Notes under the pieces: generated by a model
What the model was told of the DNA's origin: nothing
The model's input: the letters and a program-made list of their open reading frames with translations, nothing else
Databases searched by the model: none
Part shown: positions 17,930 through 26,691 of the stretch, piece by piece
Layout: every line of letters starts with the position of its first letter
Position numbering within the stretch: position 1 is the first letter of the stretch
Position numbers and translations under genes: made by a program
Sequence record: SRR31156797_13268
Length of the DNA stretch: 39,197 nucleotides
Direction: 5' to 3' (one strand)

Positions 17930-20044
17930 ATGGTTACTTCTTCTATATTGGTCCTATTCATGCTCGGTCTAACCGCAGCGGCCGTTTTGGCTGCCGCATC
18001 CAAGGTTTTGCATGTGGAGGAAGATCCCCGCATTGCTGAAGTTGAGGGATGTTTCCCCGGTGCAAACTGCGGTGGTTGCGGATATCCCGGTTGCAACGCA
18101 GCAGCGGGTGCAATCGTAAAGGGTGAAGCTGCTCCCGAGATCTGCGTTGCCGGTGGTCCTGAAATTGCCGAAAATATTGCGGCTATCATGGGGCTTGAAG
18201 CTACTTTTAAAGAACCCAAGGTTGCTAATAATATCTGCACCGGCGGCTCTCGTGCTAATTTGCTCTTCGAGTATGAAGGCGTTGAAGATTGTCGCGCTGA
18301 AGCACTGCTTTACGGCGGTGAGAAATCATGCGGTCTCGGTTGTCTCGGCCTCGCTTCCTGCGTAAAGGTTTGCGGCTTCGATGCTATTCGTCTCAACGAA
18401 GAGGGCGTACCTGTTGTAGACATGAACGCTTGTGTCTCCTGCGGTAAGTGCGCTGAAGTCTGCCCCACCGGAGCGATCCGCGTGAGCGGTATGACTATGG
18501 ATCTGCTCCATCTCAATAAAATCGACGATTGTCTGGCTCCCTGCATGCAGAAATGTCCGGCCCAGATCGACGTTCGCACCTATATCAACCAGATGAAAAA
18601 CGGCGACATGCGCGGTGCACTGCTGACCATGAAGGAACGCAACCCGCTGCCGCTGGCTGTGGGCCGTCTCTGCCCAGCACCCTGTGAAACCATCTGCCGC
18701 CGTAATATAGCTGATGATGGTGTGGCCATTCACACTTTGCATCGTTTCGTGGCTGACTGGGAAATGAATTCCGGTTCCCGCGTGAACCTGAACTGCAACC
18801 CGCTGTCCGGTCACAAAGTGGCAATCATCGGTGCCGGTCCCGCTGGTCTTTCCGCTGCCTACTTCCTGCGTCGCATCGGTCATGAGCCAGTCATCTTTGA
18901 AAAGCGCGAGCAGACCGGTGGTATGATGAAGGGTGTTATCCCTGAATACCGTCTGCCTTCCAAGGTTGTAGACTGGGAAATCCAGACTATCCTTGACCTC
19001 GGTGTTGAAGTTAAGAATGGCGTTGAGTTTGGTAAGGACATCACTTTCGAAACCCTTGAGCGTGACGGCTTTGAAGCTGTATTCATTGCAACTGGTGCTT
19101 GGAAAGTTCCGGCTCTTGAGCTTGAGAATGCACAGGCTGAAGGCGTTATGGACGCAGTTACCTTCCTTGAGGAAGTAGGCAAGTCCATTACCGATCTCAA
19201 AGGCAAGAAAGTTGTTGTTATCGGTGACACCAACACTGCCATGGATGTTGTGCGCAGTGCAGCACGTCTCGGTTGCGATGTGACCTCTCTGGTCGGCTGC
19301 ATCCAGCGTAAGATGTCCGCCAACAAAAACGAAGTTAAATGCGCTACTGAGTTGGGAAGTGAATTGCTTTTTCTGACCAAGCCGACCCGTTTTCTCGCTG
19401 AAAACGGTAAGATCAGCGGCGTTGAATATATTGAAGTACAGTACAAGGACCCCAAGAAGGCCCTTGGCGAACCCCTGCCTGTTGAAGGCACTGAGCAGAC
19501 CATCGATGCCGATCTGGTTATTGTCGCCACCGACCGTGTGCCCGACATGACCCCGTTCATGAACGCTGAAGGTGAAATTCCCTTCAAGCTTAATAAGAAA
19601 ACCGGTGGCATTGATTGCGACAAGACTTCCATGCAGACCAGCATGCCCAGCGTATTCGTTGGTGGTGAACTGCATACCGGTCGTTCCATTATCATTCAGG
19701 CTGTTGCTGACGGACGTATGGCAGCCCGCGGAATCCACCACTTCGTTACTGAAGGCGAAATTCCCGAGCCCAAGAACCCGCAGTTGCGCGTTATTCCTGA
19801 ATCCATTCTCAAGAATATGGACGTTACCTACACTATCCCGAGAATCAATGTTCCCGAGATTACTGTTGAAGAACGCAGGTCCACATTCAAGGAAGAAGTT
19901 AAAGGCTCTATTGTCTACGAAGCAGCACGCAAGGAAGGCAGTCGTTGTCTGCGTTGCGGTCTGACCTGTTACGATGCTGAAGCCGGTGCGGAATACGCAC
20001 AGGATTCCGACGTGCAGAAATTCAGCGAGCTGGGCACGGAGTAG
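17930..20044 (+). CDS. rnfB: RnfB fused to a C-terminal GltD/NfnB-like Fe-S flavoprotein domain
   Basis: RnfB N-terminus (PGANCGGCGYPGC, CLGLASCVKVC, CVSCGKCAEVCP), then APCMQKCP, GRLCPAPCETICRR, GAGPAG FAD motif, IPEYRLP, terminal RCLRC. Confidence 0.92.
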   Translation: MVTSSILVLFMLGLTAAAVLAAASKVLHVEEDPRIAEVEGCFPGANCGGCGYPGCNAAAGAIVKGEAAPEICVAGGPEIAENIAAIMGLEATFKEPKVANNICTGGSRANLLFEYEGVEDCRAEALLYGGEKSCGLGCLGLASCVKVCGFDAIRLNEEGVPVVDMNACVSCGKCAEVCPTGAIRVSGMTMDLLHLNKIDDCLAPCMQKCPAQIDVRTYINQMKNGDMRGALLTMKERNPLPLAVGRLCPAPCETICRRNIADDGVAIHTLHRFVADWEMNSGSRVNLNCNPLSGHKVAIIGAGPAGLSAAYFLRRIGHEPVIFEKREQTGGMMKGVIPEYRLPSKVVDWEIQTILDLGVEVKNGVEFGKDITFETLERDGFEAVFIATGAWKVPALELENAQAEGVMDAVTFLEEVGKSITDLKGKKVVVIGDTNTAMDVVRSAARLGCDVTSLVGCIQRKMSANKNEVKCATELGSELLFLTKPTRFLAENGKISGVEYIEVQYKDPKKALGEPLPVEGTEQTIDADLVIVATDRVPDMTPFMNAEGEIPFKLNKKTGGIDCDKTSMQTSMPSVFVGGELHTGRSIIIQAVADGRMAARGIHHFVTEGEIPEPKNPQLRVIPESILKNMDVTYTIPRINVPEITVEERRSTFKEEVKGSIVYEAARKEGSRCLRCGLTCYDAEAGAEYAQDSDVQKFSELGTE

Positions 20045-20056
20045 GGGGCTTTGGTC

Positions 20057-21094
20057 ATGGAAAATGCGGTCAACCGTTCTTTCGTCAAATCATTAGGTTC
20101 AAAGGCAGCTGCAATGGCTCACCCTCTTGGGGCGGCTATGAAATTGGCTGATTTCCTGCGAATCGGTGACAGGCGGCACAAGCACAGTGCAACTCGTTTC
20201 CTCATGGGAACGCAGGTCAGCATTGTCGCTCTGCACGATTCCAAGGATGCGGCCCAGCATGCCGCGGAGCTGGCATTTCTCGAAATCGAACGTCTCTCCG
20301 CAATCTTTGACCGCCATCAGTCCGGTTCCCCGGTTTCCCTGCTCAATGAAACCGGAAAACTGAGCGACGTGGCTCCCGAACTCTTTGAAGTAATGGGTAA
20401 AGCTCAGGTTTACTATCACCGTTCCAATGGAACATTTGATCTAACTGTGCTTCCTGTTTTGGAAATATTGCAAGAGAACAGAGATTCCAAGGGCAGTCTG
20501 CTTGGTCAGAGCGATCTTGACGATGCATTGGGTCTTGTGGGGTCTAATTTTGTCAATATTTGCAAGAATGGAATCAGTTTCAGCAAAAACTCCATGGCCG
20601 TGACCCTTGATGGGATCGGCAGAGGCTACATTGTAGATCGGGCCTCGGATATTCTGGCAGCAAACGGAGTTGAGAACCACTTGATCATTGCTGGCGGGGA
20701 TGTCCGCGCTTGTGGTGAACGTTCTCCTGGTCAACCGTGGATTGTTGCCATTGAAGACCCTTCCGGTAAGGGAGGGTACCCGGCGGTAATCAGGCTTAAG
20801 GATGCCGCAGTGTCCACTTCCGGTGGCTGTGAGCTCTACTTTGATGCTGAACATTCCCATTGCCACGTAGCAAACCTTAAAGCAGCGGTGTCTTCATCGT
20901 GTCAGAGGGGCAGCCTTTCGGTTGTGGCTCCCTCGGTGCTGGAAGCGGATGCGCTTTCCACTTCGGCATTCGTCATGAATCCCGAGGACGCGGTATGCTT
21001 CATCAATGCGCAGAAACAAAGTGAATGCCTGATCTCCGGGCTTTCCGGTGTAAAGATGCATTCCCGTAATTGGGAAGCACAGGTCGGGATTTAA
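20057..21094 (+). CDS. apbE: ApbE/RnfF-family FAD:protein FMN transferase (divergent)
   Basis: LMGT, SLLN, GTFDLTV, LDGIGRGYIVD, AGGD, STSG, ADALST; last gene of the rnf operon. Confidence 0.85.
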   Translation: MENAVNRSFVKSLGSKAAAMAHPLGAAMKLADFLRIGDRRHKHSATRFLMGTQVSIVALHDSKDAAQHAAELAFLEIERLSAIFDRHQSGSPVSLLNETGKLSDVAPELFEVMGKAQVYYHRSNGTFDLTVLPVLEILQENRDSKGSLLGQSDLDDALGLVGSNFVNICKNGISFSKNSMAVTLDGIGRGYIVDRASDILAANGVENHLIIAGGDVRACGERSPGQPWIVAIEDPSGKGGYPAVIRLKDAAVSTSGGCELYFDAEHSHCHVANLKAAVSSSCQRGSLSVVAPSVLEADALSTSAFVMNPEDAVCFINAQKQSECLISGLSGVKMHSRNWEAQVGI

Positions 21095-21266
21095 AACGAT
21101 ATAAAGTCAATTCCGGATGCCGGGAACTTAAAACCTCCTAAATGAAGGTTCCCTGCACACTGTAGGGATGGTTTGGGATATGATTCCACTCCGTTCAGGG
21201 CAACAACGCAGTAATTCGGAAAATGACGTCCTCATACATGGGATTCACCTTGTCCCCATGAAAGTC

Positions 21267-21306
21267 AAACGGGTCGGAAGCTCACTCTTCCGGCCCGTTT
21301 ATTTTT
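21267..21306. terminator. Terminator closing the rnf operon, probably bidirectional
   Basis: AAACGGGTCGGAAG-CTCACT-CTTCCGGCCCGTTT followed by ATTTTT. Confidence 0.8.
21281..21302 (+). repeat. Direct repeat copy 1 (20/22 identical to 22347-22368)
   Basis: CTCACTCTTCCGGCCCGTTTAT versus CTCACTCTTCCGATCCGTTTAT. Confidence 0.75.
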
Positions 21307-21751
21307 ATAACCAGCGCCTCACCTTTGAACAATATTCTTCATATTCCTCCCCGAAAACTGCGATCATGCGGCCTTCTTCAAAGGGGATGTAGACCGTGGC
21401 CACAATCATAATGAAAAGCAGCAGGAACCCGATTCCTACATAGGTTGCGCCCACAAGAGTGGTGCCCAGTATGGCCGCGACCATGCCTACATACATGGGA
21501 TTACGGCTGATCCTGAACGGCCCGCTGATCACCAGCTTGTCGGGATCTTTGAAGGTGCTGATGTTTGTTTTTAGTCTATTAAAGAGAATGGATCCTGAAT
21601 AGCAGAATAGCATTCCCGTTACGATAAGGATCCATCCCGCCCAAGCGATATAATCCGGTCTGTTGATAGGGGTGAGATCTGCAATAGAGGCCATAGTGAT
21701 CATAATAATGCTGAAGAAAAACAGCATCGGGGGTAATGGATAAAATTTCAT
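21305..21751 (-). CDS. Isoprenylcysteine carboxyl methyltransferase / PEMT-family membrane protein
   Basis: LVISGPFRISRNPMYVG and IPFEEGRMIAVFGEEYEEYCSKVRRWL motifs; start ATG 21751 after CAGGAG. Confidence 0.88.
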   Translation of the reverse strand: MKFYPLPPMLFFFSIIMITMASIADLTPINRPDYIAWAGWILIVTGMLFCYSGSILFNRLKTNISTFKDPDKLVISGPFRISRNPMYVGMVAAILGTTLVGATYVGIGFLLLFIMIVATVYIPFEEGRMIAVFGEEYEEYCSKVRRWL

Positions 21752-21804
21752 TTTTGGCTCCTGTGGTTTGTGTTCATCCAATAAATAAGTTCAGCTTTTT
21801 GGTT

Positions 21805-21841
21805 TGTCAACCATGTTGTCATAACGACATTATAGTTGTCG
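21805..21841. promoter_or_regulatory. Two tandem 17-bp palindromes, candidate MarR operators
   Basis: TGTCAACCATGTTGTCA (21805-21821) and CGACATTATAGTTGTCG (21825-21841) in the divergent methyltransferase/marR spacer. Confidence 0.55.
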
Positions 21842-21870
21842 GGAGTATGCGTATGTGTTATGGGATGGTC

Positions 21871-22320
21871 ATGAAAAATGCAGACGGAGAAATGCTTCAT
21901 GAATTTTTCAAGTCTTTGTGTGGGGCTTGGAAAGCGGTAGAGGGGGTGGAGGAATCCATCCACATGGAAAGTGGTTTGAGCAAGGCTCAGAAAATTAATC
22001 TTGCGCACCTTATTGCATCAGGATCGATGACGGTCTCTGATCTAGCATTTGCGCGCGGGGTCTCCCGGCAATCAGTTCAGGTGGGTGCAACTGCCATGAT
22101 TGAGCAGGGATATGTCCGGCTGGTTGATAATCCTCGGCATAAAAAAGCTAAATTGCTTGAAGTAACCGATTATGGTCGGGAATTGTATGAACTGTCGGAA
22201 AAAGCTGAGAACGAGATAATTAGAAAAGCCTTTCCGGATTTTGCAGCCGATGATGTGCTCAGGGCAACGCAGTTGCTGACTAAAGTGCGGGAAACGTTGG
22301 AAAAGTGGAATAGGGAATAG
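21871..22320 (+). CDS. MarR-family transcriptional regulator
   Basis: GSMTVSDLAFARGVSRQSVQ HTH and DNPRHKKAKLLEVTDYG wing; exact start uncertain (ATG 21853, 21865 or 21871). Confidence 0.88.
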   Translation: MKNADGEMLHEFFKSLCGAWKAVEGVEESIHMESGLSKAQKINLAHLIASGSMTVSDLAFARGVSRQSVQVGATAMIEQGYVRLVDNPRHKKAKLLEVTDYGRELYELSEKAENEIIRKAFPDFAADDVLRATQLLTKVRETLEKWNRE

Positions 22321-22346
22321 TTGCAGGCGGAAGGGCTTGCCGGTAA

Positions 22347-22368
22347 CTCACTCTTCCGATCCGTTTAT
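22347..22368 (+). repeat. Direct repeat copy 2, coinciding with the last codons of the GGDEF-EAL gene
   Basis: See 21281-21302; on the - strand the copies encode INGSEE* and INGPEE*. Confidence 0.75.
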
Positions 22369-24021
22369 CTTTTTATGATTTGCGATTAGTTGCAGGGCTT
22401 CATTTTCAGGCATTGGTCTTCCTAAATAAAATCCTTGTACTGTGTCACAGTTTAGTCCTTTCAGGATTTCCAGTTGCAGCTCTGTCTCGACACCTTCCGC
22501 AACAGCTTCCATATTTAGTCCATGAGCCAGTTTGATTATTGATTCCAGCAGTTTTTTACAATCATTTCCGGGCTTGATTCCTTTGATGAAACTTTGGTCA
22601 ATCTTAACGCTCTGGGTTGGAAAATTATTCAGATAAGCAAGCGAAGAATAACCTGTTCCGAAGTCGTCAATGGCACAATGAACACCTAGTTCATTTAGAG
22701 CCTTAAGACGTGCCGCTGCCAGTTCTGGATCGTTGACAAATGCTGACTCAGTTAGTTCTAAATAGAGGGATTGTAGAGGAATGTTATATTTCTCTACGGT
22801 CTCTTCAATATATCGTATCATGGATGATTCTGTGATGTGTTTAGCGCTGAGGTTGATGGAGATATGAAGGTTTTGACAGTCTCCTGAATGTTTTAGGCAT
22901 TCAGCCCACATGGTACATGCTTTTTTCATAACTAAGCGGTCAAGTTCGACAATAAGCCCTGTTTCTTCCGCTAAGGGTATAAATTCTGCCGGACTGACCA
23001 TTCCCCGGTCAGGGTGATGCCAGCGAACCAGAGCTTCAAAGCCGGAAAGTTTAATCCCGTCCTGAATGTTGAACTGTGGCTGGTAAACAAGTTTAAACTG
23101 GTCTTCCTGTAATGCGGTTTTGAAACTATTTTCGAATTTTAAAATATCGTGCGTCTGATTGAGCATGGTCTTGGTGAAAATGCTTACGACATTGTTACCA
23201 CGCTGTTTTGAGCGGCGCATAGCGATATTTGCACGGTTTATTATATCATCCGGGCTGATTTGATCCTGATTGTTGTACGCGTAAATTCCGAAGCTTATAT
23301 CAAGGCTGAAGTGTAGACCGTCTATATGAAAGGGGCGCAGTATGCTTTCACGTAATTTGCGTAATTTTAAAATACTTTTATTAGCTGAAATGTCTTTTTG
23401 AAGAATAACAAAATCATCGCCGCCCAGTCTGCAGACGAGTTCTTCTGGGCCTGTTGCTTCGAGAAGTCTTTCAGAAAATTGGATGAGAATTTTGTCGCCT
23501 ATATGATGGCCGAAGCTGTCGTTTACTTTTTTAAAATTTAAAAGATCAATAAAAAAGATACTGAACTGGATGTCTGAATTTTCAATTTGGGCAAGATATA
23601 AATTTAATTTATCAGTAAGCATCCGTCGGTTAGGCAGCTTGGTCATGTAGTCGTGATAGGCTTGGCTTTTTAAGGCGTTTCGAGATTTCAAAAGTTTTTT
23701 GAACATACGAAGAGTTAGATAAGCTGTAGCTAAAACAAACAAAGATCCGAGAAATAGTATAGGACCGAAAATTGAGTTGAAATCAATTTCGTAATGAAAA
23801 GCATGGGCCAGAATAACGGCAGAATATCCCGCAAGAAATGAGCTTATGAGCCCTATGAGAACGATAAAACTTTTTTTGGTTTGTTTATAAAGAGATGGTT
23901 CCTGTTTGCGCAGGGAGAAAAGTTGCCTGAAATATAAAGAAACTCCGAATAGGAGTATTGTCAGCCCTGAAAGAATGCAGGCGAAAAAGAAAGAAGATTC
24001 GGGATCTTTTAAAATATGCAT
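22348..24021 (-). CDS. Membrane-anchored GGDEF-EAL protein (probable c-di-GMP phosphodiesterase, possibly bifunctional)
   Basis: Three TM segments; GGDDF variant without RxxD; intact EAL, ELTES, DDFGTGYSSL, KIDQSF, AEGVET, QGFY. Confidence 0.92.
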   Translation of the reverse strand: MHILKDPESSFFFACILSGLTILLFGVSLYFRQLFSLRKQEPSLYKQTKKSFIVLIGLISSFLAGYSAVILAHAFHYEIDFNSIFGPILFLGSLFVLATAYLTLRMFKKLLKSRNALKSQAYHDYMTKLPNRRMLTDKLNLYLAQIENSDIQFSIFFIDLLNFKKVNDSFGHHIGDKILIQFSERLLEATGPEELVCRLGGDDFVILQKDISANKSILKLRKLRESILRPFHIDGLHFSLDISFGIYAYNNQDQISPDDIINRANIAMRRSKQRGNNVVSIFTKTMLNQTHDILKFENSFKTALQEDQFKLVYQPQFNIQDGIKLSGFEALVRWHHPDRGMVSPAEFIPLAEETGLIVELDRLVMKKACTMWAECLKHSGDCQNLHISINLSAKHITESSMIRYIEETVEKYNIPLQSLYLELTESAFVNDPELAAARLKALNELGVHCAIDDFGTGYSSLAYLNNFPTQSVKIDQSFIKGIKPGNDCKKLLESIIKLAHGLNMEAVAEGVETELQLEILKGLNCDTVQGFYLGRPMPENEALQLIANHKKINGSEE

Positions 24022-24104
24022 GATTTAATTTAAAGTTTGGCTATCTTTGTGTCAATTAGAGCTTTTGTGTCTTGTTGTACTTGTTCGAAGACTTTCCGCA
24101 TCGA

Positions 24105-25451
24105 TTATACCAAAGTAACTTTATTCCGGCCTTGTTCTTTCGAGCTGTAGAGTGCTGCGTCACATCTTGCAAAGATGCTTATAAAGTCATCCTCTGCATT
24201 CATTTCAGTTATTCCGAAACTTGCTGTGCAACCACTAATAGTATCGAATTTAGATGCTTCAATTTTATCGCGTAATTTCTCAGCGAGCATACGTCCTTCC
24301 TGGGCGGTTGTTTCAGGGCTGATAATGAGAAATTCTTCCCCGCCCCAGCGACCGATGTGGTCGGAGCTGCGAGTGCATGAAAGCAGAGTCTTGGAAAAAT
24401 GGACCAGCACTTCATCGCCCACAGTATGACCGTATGTGTCATTAATTCTTTTGAAGTTGTCTATATCGAGTAGTATGAGGGTTAGCGGCCTTTTGTATCG
24501 TTTGAAGCGGTCGAATTCGTGATTCAGGATTTCATCGATTTTTCTGCGGTTGTATAGCCCGGTGAGCATATCTGTCTGGGACATTTCTCGCAGTTCCTTT
24601 GTTCTTGCGGCTACCTGTCTCCGTAAGGCAAAGATGTAAATAAAAGCGAATCCTCCGACCATTATGGTGAGTCCTGTAACAGCGGCAGGCATGATCCATT
24701 CAGGGGTTATTGATACTGTCTGAATCCATTTCTGGGTGATACGCTCGAATTCCTGCGGGGGAATTTTACTTATTCCGGCCTTTATGAATTCCTGCAGTTC
24801 AGTTTCACCTTTGGCTACAGCAAGACTCAATTTCTTGGTGTATAGAGTTTCAGCTACGTAGAACTTGTCATATGCTCCCATATTATGCAGATGGTACATG
24901 GCCGCAGGATAGTCAGTCGCGAATACTAATGTTTTTCCGCTAACTGCAGCAGCAACAGTTTTTTCGCTGTTAGGACATGGAATTAAGGTTAAGCCTGGGT
25001 ATAATGTACGTAAATATGTTTCTACGTAACCGGCTTTTGTTACTGCTATGGGGAGGTTGCCAAGTTCAGATAATTTGTTGATGTTCAGCTTTTTGGAAAT
25101 AAAGAGTCTTGTGTTTAAAGGGAGTTCCAGTGGCTTTGTAAAATCAAGGTACTGGAGGCGTTTACTGGTCTCAAAAAGACCTCCATGAATCATTACTGTG
25201 CCATTTCGAACCAGCTTTAAACTGTCTGCCCAGTTTACTAATTCAAATTCTATTTTTTTGTTGTTTCTCTTTCCGAATTCCAGCCATAGGTCTATCAGCA
25301 GCCCTCTTGGCTCGCCGTTGTCACCGATAAAAGAATAAGGTGGCCATGAGTTGGAGTTAGTGACACTCAGAGAGTCGGGAACTTCTTTTGCCTTTGCTGG
25401 TATGCCCCATATGATTGGGAGAAGAAATATAATCAGGATGAATGTACGCAA
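24105..25451 (-). CDS. Diguanylate cyclase with periplasmic family-3 binding-protein sensor
   Basis: Signal peptide, WPPYSF…GLLIDLW SBP domain, TM, RSSD I-site, GGEEF; start TTG 25451 after AAGGAG. Confidence 0.9.
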   Translation of the reverse strand: MRTFILIIFLLPIIWGIPAKAKEVPDSLSVTNSNSWPPYSFIGDNGEPRGLLIDLWLEFGKRNNKKIEFELVNWADSLKLVRNGTVMIHGGLFETSKRLQYLDFTKPLELPLNTRLFISKKLNINKLSELGNLPIAVTKAGYVETYLRTLYPGLTLIPCPNSEKTVAAAVSGKTLVFATDYPAAMYHLHNMGAYDKFYVAETLYTKKLSLAVAKGETELQEFIKAGISKIPPQEFERITQKWIQTVSITPEWIMPAAVTGLTIMVGGFAFIYIFALRRQVAARTKELREMSQTDMLTGLYNRRKIDEILNHEFDRFKRYKRPLTLILLDIDNFKRINDTYGHTVGDEVLVHFSKTLLSCTRSSDHIGRWGGEEFLIISPETTAQEGRMLAEKLRDKIEASKFDTISGCTASFGITEMNAEDDFISIFARCDAALYSSKEQGRNKVTLV

Positions 25452-25680
25452 CGAATTCTCCTTGCTCCATTTAAAGACGATACTCAATAATAGCGTATAT
25501 TAAGTGGGAAATGTATCAATTATTAAAAAAAATATGCTGAGCGACTGCAATGCTTTCTTGCTTTTTGGGTGTAAAGAAGTCATGCTTTATAAATTCCAGT
25601 GTTTTAATAGTATTAGCTGTCGGGTTTGGGTTACGGTGTGTGACTTGTTGTGAGATAATTTTGGCTATTACAGGTGCTTG

Positions 25681-26691
25681 ATGAGAAAAGTTTTTATACT
25701 GTTGGGCTTTCTGTCTATTATTATATTGCAGTCCTTTAATTCTTATGCTGAAGAATTTAATCCTGTGCTTGTTTATCAAGGTCCAATTGATAAAAATTCA
25801 TTTAGTGTGGCAATTCATAAAGGAGTAGGGAGGTTTGAGGCCAAGACCGGTGAAAAGTGTACAGAAGTGGAAGTAGGCATGAGCCTTAAGGAGTATGTTG
25901 ACACGGTTACCAAATATGCTGACGCGGGCTATTCTCCGATATTTCTTATGTACGGCAATCATTTTCCGAATATGGTTCCCTTTGTACGTAAATACCCTGC
26001 AACCCGTTTTATTGTACTTGATACTGTACGCGACGAGCCAAATGTGTATTCATTTGTTCTGGCCGATCATGAAGGGGCTTTTCTGGCCGGGTCTTTAGCG
26101 GCAATGGTTTCCAGAAGTGGTAAACTGGGGTTTATTTCAGTTGTGGATACAGATTTTCAACGCCGCTTTCTGTGCGGATACTCTCAAGGAGCCAAGTTCA
26201 TTAACCCGGACATTGAAGTGCTTGAAGGTTTTACAGGTAATTATGAGGGGGCATGGTTTGACGGTAATGCCACTGCTCGTATGGCTAATAAGATGATGGA
26301 TGAAGGGGCGGATGTTATTTTTCAAGCTGCGGGTGGAGCTGGGCCAGCCGTTTTGAAGGCCTGTGCAGCCCGGGGGAAGCTCGGTATAGGGGTTGATATC
26401 AACCAGAACGGTCTTTATCCGGGCAGTGTGCTTACTTCTATGGTCAAGCATACTGATAAGGCTGTTTTTGCTGCTCTCATGCTGGCTAAGCGCGGAATTT
26501 GGCGGGATAACTACAAGCGTCTGGGGCTGGCTCAGGAAGCGATCGGGATAGTTTTTGATGAGAATAACAAAAATCTGATTACCCCTGAAATGCGCAGCCG
26601 GATAGAAGATATCCGCAAGCAAATTGTTCTCGGGAGAATTATGGTTCACGAATATACAGAAAAACCGGTCTGCCCAAATCATGATAAGTAA
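25681..26691 (+). CDS. BMP (PnrA/TmpC-like) family periplasmic binding protein
   Basis: DKNSF, HEGAFLAGSLAA, GADVIFQAAGGAG, IGVDINQN, VLTSMVK; signal peptide without lipobox Cys. Confidence 0.9.
   Translation: MRKVFILLGFLSIIILQSFNSYAEEFNPVLVYQGPIDKNSFSVAIHKGVGRFEAKTGEKCTEVEVGMSLKEYVDTVTKYADAGYSPIFLMYGNHFPNMVPFVRKYPATRFIVLDTVRDEPNVYSFVLADHEGAFLAGSLAAMVSRSGKLGFISVVDTDFQRRFLCGYSQGAKFINPDIEVLEGFTGNYEGAWFDGNATARMANKMMDEGADVIFQAAGGAGPAVLKACAARGKLGIGVDINQNGLYPGSVLTSMVKHTDKAVFAALMLAKRGIWRDNYKRLGLAQEAIGIVFDENNKNLITPEMRSRIEDIRKQIVLGRIMVHEYTEKPVCPNHDK

Noticed and set aside
14988-19741. Long - strand ORFs (274, 198, 471 and 271 aa) within the rnf operon
   Set aside because: Antisense to strongly codon-biased rnf genes, with no motifs.
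21168-21392. 74-aa ORF after apbE
   Set aside because: Runs through a terminator and into the convergent methyltransferase gene.
21736-21870. N-terminal extension of MarR in the ORF track (also the extensions at 6289, 13266, 13757, 25487, 26624, 28402, 31744, 32301)
   Set aside because: Downstream starts have better RBS or coupling and restore signal peptides; the extensions cover promoter DNA or neighbouring genes.
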